Part shown: positions 30,248 through 38,533 of the stretch, in pieces
Layout: the number at the start of each line of letters is the position of its first letter
Numbering within the stretch: the stretch's first letter is position 1
Source: an uncultured Acidimicrobiaceae bacterium
GTDB lineage: Bacteria > Actinomycetota > Acidimicrobiia > Acidimicrobiales > Bog-793
DNA: 64,000 nucleotides
Assembly (NCBI GenBank): GCA_963725355.1
Contig: CAVRYE010000007.1
Coordinates: 12,779-76,778, forward strand
Direction: 5' to 3'
Program-made: the position numbers and the translations under genes
Notes under the pieces: model-generated
Told to the model about the DNA's origin: nothing
The model's input: the letters and a program-made list of their open reading frames with translations, nothing else
Database searches by the model: none

Positions 30248-31192
30248 ATGGCAACCTCGGTGCAGGCTTGGCGTTCGATCGCGTACTTGGGGCCGGAGGG
30301 AACCTTCAGCGAGGAGGCTCTTCGCTCGATCCCCTCTTTGTCCGGTGCGACGACGGTTGCCATGGCGACGATCGCGGATGCTCTCGAGGCGGCTAACAAT
30401 CGAGAGGTCGACGCCGCTTTCGTGCCGATCGAGAATTCGATCGAGGGCACGGTTAGCGCGACCCTCGACCACCTTGTTTTTGACGTCGAGCTGTTGATCC
30501 AGCTTGAGCACGTGCTCGACATCCACCTCGACCTCCTTGCGCCAGAAGGCACCGCCGTAGGGGATATCCGACGCGTCATCTCAATTCCCGTGGCCCTCGC
30601 CCAGTGCCGGCGTTTCCTGAGAGAGCACCTCCATGGGGCCGAGCTCGTGCACGCCACCTCGACGGCCGAGGCGGCGCGCCTTGTCGGCGAGGCCGAGCCG
30701 GACGGGACGGCTGCGATAGCGCCTGCTCTGGCAGGGCGTCTTTACGGATTAGCCTCCATCGGACGGTCGGTCGAGGACCATGCGGGCAACCAGACGCGTT
30801 TCGTGCTCGTTGCGAGGGGAGTCGTGCCCGCACCGACTGATCATGACCGCACAAGCCTTGTCTGCTTTCAGCAGGCCGACCACCCCGGAACCTTGCACGA
30901 GATCCTCGGGCAGTTCGCTGCCAGAAATCTCAACCTCACAAAGATCGAGTCGCGTCCTACCAAGCTTGGGCTGGGCGACTATTGCTTTGTGATCGAGCTC
31001 GAGGGGCACCTCAGTGACGAAGTCGTCGGCGACTGCCTAAAGGAGTTGCATAGCAAGCTGGCATCGGTGAAATTCCTTGGTTCCTACCCGGCTTTCGGCG
31101 AGCGTGGCCCGAAAGAGCGGGAGGAGATGGCGGCTGCACGCGCGGAGGCAGATGCCTGGCTCAGGACTCTGCGCTCTCGTGTCAAGCCCTGA
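30248..31192 (+). CDS. pheA: Prephenate dehydratase
   Basis: IAYLGPEGTFSEEA, FVPIENSIEGTV, NQTRFVLV, and an ACT domain with TKIESRP..LGDYCFVIELEGH. Confidence 0.9.
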   Translation: MATSVQAWRSIAYLGPEGTFSEEALRSIPSLSGATTVAMATIADALEAANNREVDAAFVPIENSIEGTVSATLDHLVFDVELLIQLEHVLDIHLDLLAPEGTAVGDIRRVISIPVALAQCRRFLREHLHGAELVHATSTAEAARLVGEAEPDGTAAIAPALAGRLYGLASIGRSVEDHAGNQTRFVLVARGVVPAPTDHDRTSLVCFQQADHPGTLHEILGQFAARNLNLTKIESRPTKLGLGDYCFVIELEGHLSDEVVGDCLKELHSKLASVKFLGSYPAFGERGPKEREEMAAARAEADAWLRTLRSRVKP

Positions 31193-31451
31193 GTTCGAGC
31201 CAGGCTCTCGGTTTGTGCTGGCCCGCGCGTGCAGCGCCGAGCCAACACGAGGATTTGGCCCCGGGGAGCGTGTTCAGCCTCTCATCTAATACCGCGGCCT
31301 TCAGGGACTCCGGTTGCGGCGGGCATTTTAGGAGAGGCCTTCTCGAGGAGGCCGAAGGGGGCGTTCGCCGCCGAGGAGACGATGCCGACTCGTAGATCTC
31401 GAACGAGCGCGGGAGCGGCTCACGCGTCGTCACCCACCGGGTGACGCAGCG

Positions 31452-32678
31452 TTATTGGGATGCCCAGAGGCGGTCGCTCACGAGGACGACTAGAGCCAGG
31501 GCGGCCAGTATCCCGCCGACAAGCGGTGTCGCCCGAAGCCCGAAGTGGGATAGAACGAGACCGCCGATAACCGGTCCGCCGGCGATGCCTGCGTTGAACG
31601 ACGTCGAGTACCAGGCCGAGGCGATGTCGGTGCTCTTCGGCGCCACGACAAGGACGCGGGTGAGAAGCATTATGTCCACACCGACGAGGCCGAAGTTCTC
31701 CAGTGCCTGCAGCCCGGCTGCCACACCTCCCGACGTCCCGAACAGGTACAGACCGAACAGCGAGATCATGAGGAGCGCGACGGGGAGCTCGGCGCGAGAA
31801 TGTGACCTCCTGGCGGTGACGAACGTGGTGACGACGACCCCCAGCAAAGAGCCCAGTCCGCCGAGCAGAAGAACAGCCGGAACGTCGCCTTTTGGAACCC
31901 CGCTGACTTTCGTGAGAAAGGCGCTTACGTAGGTGTAGGCCGTGAAGGTAGCGGACACGGCGAGGACCATGGTGGCCGCACCCATCCAGAAGCGCCGGGC
32001 GTCGGGATGAGAGCCAACGGCTGCGTGGCTGTCACTCGGCCTCGAGGTGGGCACGAGCAGTCCGACGGCGACTATCCCCAGCAAACCGAGTCCACAAAGG
32101 ACGATGAACGGTACCCGCCAGTTGCTCGCCTGGCCGATCCAGGTGCCTACCGGCACGCCGATGAGAAAGGCGAGTGGTCCGGCGACGATGAGACCGGCGA
32201 CGGCTTGTCCGCGCTTTTCGGGTGGAAAGAGCCCGACGGCGGTAACCGGTGCGATTGACCAGAAGACGGCCTGGGAGAGAGCTGTCACCACCCGGGCCGC
32301 CATCAGCCACCCGTAATCGGGAGCGGCCGCCGCCCCGAGCGTGGCGAGCACGAAGACCAGCAGCAGTCCCGAGAGTAGATAACGACGGGGAATATGCCGC
32401 GTCAAATGCGTCAAAGGTGGAGAGGCCACCACCGAAACGAGGGCGTAGGCAGTGACGAGCAGGCCCGTGGCGGTAAGCGACGAATGGAGGCTCGTCGCGA
32501 TCACGGGCAACAGCCCTACTGGAAGGCTCTCGCCCGTTACGAAGCAGAACCCCGACAGCCCCAGCGCGACCAAGGCGCTGATGGCGGCTATGGGGCGAGG
32601 AGTTCCCGGGCCGTCGGTGGCGAACAGCCCCTCAACACCTGCCGCCTCTTCGCCGTGTTGTATGCCCACCCCCTCCAC
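31452..32678 (-). CDS. MFS transporter
   Basis: 12 predicted TM helices and an MFS loop motif (LTHLTRHIPRRYLL, GLFPPEKRGQAVAG). The exact start is uncertain. Confidence 0.8.
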   Translation of the reverse strand: MEGVGIQHGEEAAGVEGLFATDGPGTPRPIAAISALVALGLSGFCFVTGESLPVGLLPVIATSLHSSLTATGLLVTAYALVSVVASPPLTHLTRHIPRRYLLSGLLLVFVLATLGAAAAPDYGWLMAARVVTALSQAVFWSIAPVTAVGLFPPEKRGQAVAGLIVAGPLAFLIGVPVGTWIGQASNWRVPFIVLCGLGLLGIVAVGLLVPTSRPSDSHAAVGSHPDARRFWMGAATMVLAVSATFTAYTYVSAFLTKVSGVPKGDVPAVLLLGGLGSLLGVVVTTFVTARRSHSRAELPVALLMISLFGLYLFGTSGGVAAGLQALENFGLVGVDIMLLTRVLVVAPKSTDIASAWYSTSFNAGIAGGPVIGGLVLSHFGLRATPLVGGILAALALVVLVSDRLWASQ

Positions 32679-32903
32679 CTCCGACCGCCCATATTCCCAC
32701 CAACGGGCGCGGTGGGGCCCGCTCGTCGGACTGTGTCCGGTTAGATGGAAGCCCTCGGCTTCGCCCGCTCGGTCGATGCTGCATCAACGCGTGCTCGCCT
32801 CTTCTTCTCGCTCGCGTCGGCACCCCTCCAGCTCGCGCGTCTTCTCCGCCGAGTCCCTGTCCCTAGGTGGCCGGTCTTCTCATCCTGGGCTCGCCGAGGG
32901 CCT

Positions 32904-33377
32904 TCATCTGCGCTTGCGGCGGGAACGTACGAGTCGGCGGCGCTCATCGCGTCGCATGACTCTCCACGCGAAGGTAAGCGCACTGAACATGAAAAGCAGA
33001 ACGAGCCAGATGAGTCCGCGACCAGTGAAGACCCAGATAACCACGCCGGCCGCATCGATGATGACCGTATAGATGACGAGCCGCCGGAGCCAAGACCCCT
33101 TCTTCACGGGCCTTTGCCACTCGCCGGCGATCGCGGAGTCGAGAGAAACGGCCTTCGCCTCCGGCAGAGCACTCACGACCATCTCGAGTTCTTGGACCGT
33201 GTCGGCACGAAAGATTCGCTCGAGGTATTCCTCCGACTCGCGGGAGCTCAACCTCCCGTCGCTTGCCTGTCGCCGGACGAACTCCGCGTAGCGCATGCGG
33301 CGCGCCGTTGTCGGCGGAGAGTCTCGACCAGCCTTGTCGGCGACCACGGGACTCATTCTCCCAATCCCGGCAGTCAC
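32904..33377 (-). CDS. DUF1707 (SHOCT-like) domain membrane protein
   Basis: ASDGRLSSRESEEYLERIFRADTVQELEMVVSALP followed by two TM helices. The start may be an internal Met (33356 or 33296). Confidence 0.6.
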   Translation of the reverse strand: MTAGIGRMSPVVADKAGRDSPPTTARRMRYAEFVRRQASDGRLSSRESEEYLERIFRADTVQELEMVVSALPEAKAVSLDSAIAGEWQRPVKKGSWLRRLVIYTVIIDAAGVVIWVFTGRGLIWLVLLFMFSALTFAWRVMRRDERRRLVRSRRKRR

Positions 33378-33922
33378 ACCTGCGGATGTGAAGAGCGCGC
33401 AGGCCAGTCGAGCACGCCCTGAGCTACTCGACTTCCGGTGATCTCACTGATATTCGGTGAAGACATGGGGAGAGTCACACTCCGGCCTCTTGCTGTCCTG
33501 ACTTCGGGTGCGCCGGGATAAGCCGGTGTGGAGACTGCGGCGTATCACAATCTCGAAGCGGCTGCGGACGAAGATGAAGCAGTCAAGGATCAGCTCGCGC
33601 GCCGTCGGCATCTCCCGTCCCTGTCAACAGGCGGTGCCCGTGGTGCGGGGACATCTCGCCTACCACCCAGTGCCCGGCAACGATCGGGCTCTTCGTGCCT
33701 CTCGCACTGAGGTCAGCCGGTACTGGTCCCCTCCGATACGGCGACCCAGCCAGCGTCATCGCCTGACTTGGGAGCGGGTGAACCGTCTCATTGCAGGATG
33801 GCTGCTTACTCCTCGGAGCCTGCATCCCTATCCCGACATGAGTGCCGTTCGTACTCGAGGCGAAAGCCCAGTGCGGTAATTCCGCACGCCGATCACCTAT
33901 CACGCCCTCAAGTGGACCGGCT

Positions 33923-35452
33923 CTACGCGTCGCGAGCGTTTTCGAGCAATCCGGCTATGGTCAAAGGTCCAAGGACCTCGGCTTCCACAGCCGAGACGTC
34001 CGGGCCACAGGGTCTGTCCTCGCCCAAGGAGGACACGTGAGAACGAACGGTGCGTTGCAGCGCGAGCGCCCCCCTTCCGACCCGCTCGGGTGCGGCAAGT
34101 TCCAGACCTTGCGCAGCGACGAGCGCCTCGATGGCAATGACGCGGCGGAAGGCATCGAGCATCATCGCGTCACGGCGCGCTGCAAGCGCCGCGTTCGTGG
34201 CGTCGTCCTCGACTTCGCTCTCTTCTCCCTGCGCGTTGCTCGCCACAGGAGCTGCTAGGTGACGCAGCTCGGCGACGACGGCGTGAACCGTCTTCAGCAG
34301 CGGAGCGAATCCCGAACTCGCGGGTCCACGCGACGAAAGGTTGTCTGGAAGGCCTGATATGGCGCTGGACAACAAGCGCGCGGTGCGGCTTGCAGCGAGG
34401 CCGGCCGTCTGGCAGATGGCCCCGGCGACGGTATCGAGTGCGAGCGCCAGCCCGGCGGTGTGGAAGTTGCCCGTCGAAATGATCACTGCGTCCCGCGCGA
34501 CGACCAGTGGATTGTCCCCGGCGCCGTTCAGCTCAGCCTCGAGCTGCGCCCGAAGGAAATCCAACGCCGCGAAGAAGGCTCCGTGAACCTGGGACACGCA
34601 GCGGAAACTGATCGGGTCCTGCAGCCGGCGGGCATGGCCTGGGTCGCGCAGGAGCCCACCGTCGAGATAGCCGAGGAGGCGCTCAGCCGAGCATGCCTGG
34701 CCCGGGGCGGGACGAGCCTTTTGCGCTCGTTCGTCCAGTGGCGTCATATTCGCTCGGAAGGCCTCGAAGCTCAGCGCTGCGCTCAGGTGGGTCGCTTCGA
34801 GGAGCTGGCTCGCGTCGTTGTAGACAAGCGCCGCCGTGCCAGCGGCCACGGCGTTCGAGCTGCAGAGCGCGAGCCCGTCCTTTGGACCGAGACGGACCGG
34901 CTCGAGCCCGACACGGGCGAGCGCGTCGGCGCCGCTTAGGACCTCGCTGTCGACCTCTGCAAAGCCCTCTCCGAAAACGACCAGTCCGATGTGGGCGAGC
35001 AGGCAGAGGTCCGAGACACCAGTCGAGCCGGTCTCGGGCACTACCGGGTGCACGCCCCGATTCAGCATCTCGACGAGCAGCTGGGCAACGGGCGGCCGAA
35101 CGCCGCTTCCGCCGTGGGCCATCTGGTTACACCGTGTGACGACGGTGGCACGCACCACCTCGCGTGAAAGGGGAGGACCCACCCCATTGGCGCGGCCCCG
35201 CACCGTTCGCTCGCTGAACGCGGCAAGCTCCTCTTTCGGCAGCTCATAGGTGACTCGGGAGCCGAGGCCAGTCGTGAGCCCGTAAGCCGCCTCTCCTCCA
35301 GCCACGGCTTGTTCGACGACTGTCCGATCGCGGGCAAGCCTCTCGGCGGCGTCCGCCGAGAAGACGACGCTCGCGCCGTTGCGGGCGACGGCCGTCACCT
35401 CGGCAGGCGTGAGCGCCTGCCCGGAGAGGACGATCGGCGCGTTGGGATCCAT
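33923..35452 (-). CDS. Aromatic amino acid ammonia-lyase family protein (HAL/PAL-like) lacking the canonical Ala-Ser-Gly MIO triad
   Basis: 509 aa, colinear with histidine ammonia-lyase (YGLTTGLG, NPLV, QDPISFRC, DNPLV...). At the MIO position it reads PETGSTGVSDLCLLAH instead of ..GSVGASGDLAPLAH. Confidence 0.8.
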   Translation of the reverse strand: MDPNAPIVLSGQALTPAEVTAVARNGASVVFSADAAERLARDRTVVEQAVAGGEAAYGLTTGLGSRVTYELPKEELAAFSERTVRGRANGVGPPLSREVVRATVVTRCNQMAHGGSGVRPPVAQLLVEMLNRGVHPVVPETGSTGVSDLCLLAHIGLVVFGEGFAEVDSEVLSGADALARVGLEPVRLGPKDGLALCSSNAVAAGTAALVYNDASQLLEATHLSAALSFEAFRANMTPLDERAQKARPAPGQACSAERLLGYLDGGLLRDPGHARRLQDPISFRCVSQVHGAFFAALDFLRAQLEAELNGAGDNPLVVARDAVIISTGNFHTAGLALALDTVAGAICQTAGLAASRTARLLSSAISGLPDNLSSRGPASSGFAPLLKTVHAVVAELRHLAAPVASNAQGEESEVEDDATNAALAARRDAMMLDAFRRVIAIEALVAAQGLELAAPERVGRGALALQRTVRSHVSSLGEDRPCGPDVSAVEAEVLGPLTIAGLLENARDA

Positions 35453-35469
35453 GGCGTGTCTCGGGCCGC

Positions 35470-36477
35470 TCAGGCGAAACGGAGTCGTTGGCCGAGGCCT
35501 TGTTCGGCCGCTCGCTCCACGAACATGTTGCCAAGGGCGATGTCCGAAAGCGAAAGGCCCCTGTGCCAGAACAGGATCGTCTCGTCTGGTCTCTCGCGAC
35601 CGGGCTTCTGACCGACGACGATCTCACAGAGCTCCCCATAGAGCGTCGCTTGCGTGAGCTTGCCGGTGTCCACGTGAGCCCGCAACGCGCCGAACCTCCC
35701 CGCCGCCGCCTGCCCCCAGTCGTCGACGACGATCTTGTCCATGATGTCGGTGAGTGAGAGTTCGACCGCGCTCATTGTCCCGTACGGGATGACGAGCGCC
35801 CCTTGCTTGATCCATTCCGTAAGGAGCAACGGTTCGGGCCGTCGCAGCCGCGACGCTTCGATCACGACGTCCGCGTCACGAACGCAGGTTTCCCAGTCCG
35901 GAGTGACCGTAACTGAAAGGCCCAGCTCGTCCCGGACGCGACGGGCAAGTGCCTCCCGGCTTTCGGGGCGGCGCGAGTGCAAGCGGATCTCCTCGAAGTC
36001 GAACAGCCCGCCGAGCAGGCGAAGGTTCCAGTAGGCGGTCCCCCTGGCCCCGATGTGCGCGAGGACTCGTGCGTCGCGCCGAGCGAGGTAGCGAACGCCG
36101 ATCGCCGTCATCGCGCCAGTGCGCATCGCGGTGATGGCGGTCGCGTCGACTATGGCTGTTGGTACCCCGGTTGTCGAATCGAAAAGGTTCAACACCGCGA
36201 CCTCCGAAGGAAGTCCACGCAGATGGTTGTCCACGAAGTCGCCCACGATCTTCACCCCCGAGAGACCCAAGGGGGTGATCGAACCTCGCAAGATGTTGAA
36301 GTGCCCGTCGACCGACGGGTCCGGCTCAAGATGCACACGCGGCTCAATCACCGCCTCACCGAGGCCCTGAGCACGAAGGCACATCTCGACGGCCGCAAGA
36401 ATGTCGCCATCGGAAACGTCCAAGCGATCGACGTCTTCTCCGTTCAAGAAGGTGAGATGGAGGGCGCTGTCGCTCAC
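35470..36477 (-). CDS. Ornithine cyclodeaminase / mu-crystallin family protein
   Basis: IVDATAITAMRTGAMTAI, Rossmann motif LAHIGARGTAYW, ADVVIEASR. GTG 36477 has a GAGAAGGG Shine-Dalgarno sequence. It lies 17 nt upstream of the HAL-like gene on the same strand. Confidence 0.8.
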   Translation of the reverse strand: MSDSALHLTFLNGEDVDRLDVSDGDILAAVEMCLRAQGLGEAVIEPRVHLEPDPSVDGHFNILRGSITPLGLSGVKIVGDFVDNHLRGLPSEVAVLNLFDSTTGVPTAIVDATAITAMRTGAMTAIGVRYLARRDARVLAHIGARGTAYWNLRLLGGLFDFEEIRLHSRRPESREALARRVRDELGLSVTVTPDWETCVRDADVVIEASRLRRPEPLLLTEWIKQGALVIPYGTMSAVELSLTDIMDKIVVDDWGQAAAGRFGALRAHVDTGKLTQATLYGELCEIVVGQKPGRERPDETILFWHRGLSLSDIALGNMFVERAAEQGLGQRLRFA

Positions 36478-36677
36478 CCGACCCTTCTCTCGAAGAAGTG
36501 ATCGGTGGTTTGGACAACGAGAATGCGCAGAACGGCACTCAGCGCTAACTGACGGCGGTTGTTGCTTTCGACTGTCCTCACATCCATTCGGCACCGTGCC
36601 TTGGGGAGGAAGCCACCGGTCGGAGATTAGTTGAAGTCGGCCCTCCGACGCTGAGCGCATGGTCACCGAGCCGAGCC

Positions 36678-36723
36678 GTCTCCGATGTCGCGACACAGTT
36701 GTCTCCGATGTCTCGACACGATT
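36678..36723. promoter_or_regulatory. Tandem 23-bp direct repeat, each unit with a 10-bp palindrome (candidate paired operator)
   Basis: GTCTCCGATGTCGCGACACAGTT (36678-36700) and GTCTCCGATGTCTCGACACGATT (36701-36723). TGTCGCGACA at 36686-36695 is a perfect palindrome. TGTCTCGACA at 36709-36718 has one mismatch. The element is ~200 nt upstream of the OCD/HAL-like operon. Confidence 0.45.
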
Positions 36724-36893
36724 TGGCGAGCTTCCACCACCGTCTTCCTGCTGTCATGTCCTGCCCGAAGAACGCGACTTACTCTGCCAGCGGCGGGTTC
36801 ACGAATCCCGAATACCTCCTCGAGGTCCTGAGGGGTGCCCCTCGACCGGCCGGGTGATCGCGGGCGTCCTGGCTGGCATGTCAGTGTGTTGCA

Positions 36894-37190
36894 ATGCGGG
36901 TTCACCCCGTGATCGAGGACCCAGCGACTGTCGTGGGTATGGTCGCCGAGGCAATGGGCCAGTCGCTGTCGTTACACAGCGAGATGGACGTCGACGTGTA
37001 CCGCCTGCATCCCTCTGACGCCGGGCCTGACCTCGTTGCGCGTGTCTTCGGTCCAGGGGTCGAGCGGGCGGTGGTGGACACCGCCGCGCACGTTCTGCAG
37101 AGATTGGCGGGCACCCGATTCCCTGCCGAACGCTGCACGAGTGACGATCCGGTGCTGGCGTTCGGACAGGACCGGCACGTGCTTCTAAAG
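36894..37190 (+). pseudogene. N-terminal fragment of a phosphotransferase (APH/choline-kinase fold) gene, truncated at the IS remnant
   Basis: VYRLHPSDAGPDLVARVFGPGVERAVVDTAAHVLQRLAGTRFPAERCTSDDPVLAFGQDRHVLL resembles the N-lobe of actinobacterial phosphotransferases. The translation degenerates after ~37186, where the antisense IS21-type fragment begins. Confidence 0.45.
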
Positions 37191-37471
37191 CAGCGGCGAT
37201 GTAGCGCCTCGCCGTCTTGCGGTCGACACCGTGGGCGATGGGGCGTTCACCCTCGCCTAAAAGCCAGCGTCTGAGAGCCTCTTTGATCTGGACCACCGTT
37301 ACCTCCCCGAACACCATGGGGCCTCCTCCGCGATGGCTTCGGAGGCCCAGCCGAATCTGTCTTCGGCCGGCGTTGGTGGATGCTCAGGGTGGTCCCATGA
37401 CTGGCAACGGGGGTGGTCCCGTGCCACTGGCAAAACCAGCGGGGGTGGTCCCTTCTCGCTGGCAAACGACA
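37150..37471 (-). mobile_element. IS21-family remnant: left terminal repeat array plus the first ~45 codons of istA
   Basis: The minus-strand ORF begins at 37317 (MVFGEVTVVQIKEALRRWLLGEGERPIAHGVDRKTARRYIAAA), matching the IstA HTH N-terminus, and then loses coding sense. Upstream are three direct repeats GGGTGGTCCC-N5-7-CTGGCAA (37387-37471). The outermost ends ...aacgaca, so TGTCGTT is the terminus on the minus strand. Confidence 0.5.
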
Positions 37472-37576
37472 TCAAGGCCTTTCAGCGGAACATTCTGTAC
37501 GCCCGGTCCCGGCGATCTGGGCGACCTGACCCATTCCTTTTGTCGGGATTCGGGGACATCCTCGCCAGCTGATGGC

Positions 37577-38131
37577 TCAGAACAGAAAAGGAATCAGCAT
37601 CTTGGTCGAACGCTTGTATGCCGGATACTCGTTCGGAAAGAGGCGCTCCATGATGTGTTCCTCGACGGTTGCGCTGTAGATGAAGTACACGCCCATAAAC
37701 ACGACGGCAACGACCCAATACCAGCTCACGGCTATCGCTGTCCCGATGACGGCGAAAATGATTCCCGAGTAGATGGGGTTGCGGATGTACCGATAAGGCC
37801 CGGTGGTGACCAACTCCGCGTCTACCTTCTCGGACATCGGGGTGCCCCAGTTTCGCCCCAGATAGACCCGTGCCCATAGCGCCAGTCCCAACCCGGCCAC
37901 GAACAGGCCCATGCCGATGCCCTGGAGAATTGGGTCGTTAACGATGGCGTGATGACCCTTGAAGACTCCCGAGCGACTGACCAAGACCAGGATGACGAAA
38001 AGGGCGACCCTCAAGCCGACGAACTGTCGCACTCGTGACTGAGCTGCCCGCTTGGCCGTCAGGGCGGCCGCCAGCCATGCCAACCAAAAGAAGGCCCATA
38101 GGCCGTAGATGACGTAGTCGATGACGTACAT
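37577..38131 (-). CDS. Isoprenylcysteine carboxyl methyltransferase (ICMT/PEMT-like) family membrane protein
   Basis: Five TM helices and LVTTGPYRYIRNPIYSGIIF...EEHIMERLFPNEYPAYK. Confidence 0.8.
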   Translation of the reverse strand: MYVIDYVIYGLWAFFWLAWLAAALTAKRAAQSRVRQFVGLRVALFVILVLVSRSGVFKGHHAIVNDPILQGIGMGLFVAGLGLALWARVYLGRNWGTPMSEKVDAELVTTGPYRYIRNPIYSGIIFAVIGTAIAVSWYWVVAVVFMGVYFIYSATVEEHIMERLFPNEYPAYKRSTKMLIPFLF

Positions 38132-38533
38132 GGACGGACTGCCATGGTACCGGGGTCATTGTGAGGTGAGGTGACCTGGCCTCCGAGGATCAGCATCGGG
38201 GCCCTTGTTTACCTTCTGAGGGGAGCTGATGGGGAGTGAGTCGGTTCAGGGTCGGGTTGGCTGCTCGCCGTCGTTGGGGCCGTACGACCAAGATGGGCAC
38301 AGTTCTTTTTGCTCATGCAGATGGACGCTCGTAAGGAACCGTTAACGCGCTGGCCTCTCCCTCGAGGGCGAACTCGGAGGAGACGCGGACCAGCCGCAGG
38401 ACGACGTCACGCTCGAGTTCGTTGCGAGGGGCGTAAAGCATGACGAGCACACGATGGGCGTTCTCATCGCGGCGATGGCGAATAGGTGACTTCTGGCGAA
38501 TCTGACCTATTCACGGAAGCTGGAAGTAGCTCT

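Noticed and set aside
38330-38500. Short minus-strand reading frame (…ENAHRVLVMLYAPRNELERDVVLRLVRVSSEFALEGEAS…) between the ICMT gene and the LAL regulator
   Set aside because: It looks protein-like but is under 60 aa with no start codon context or recognisable family. It may be a gene fragment, but the evidence is insufficient.
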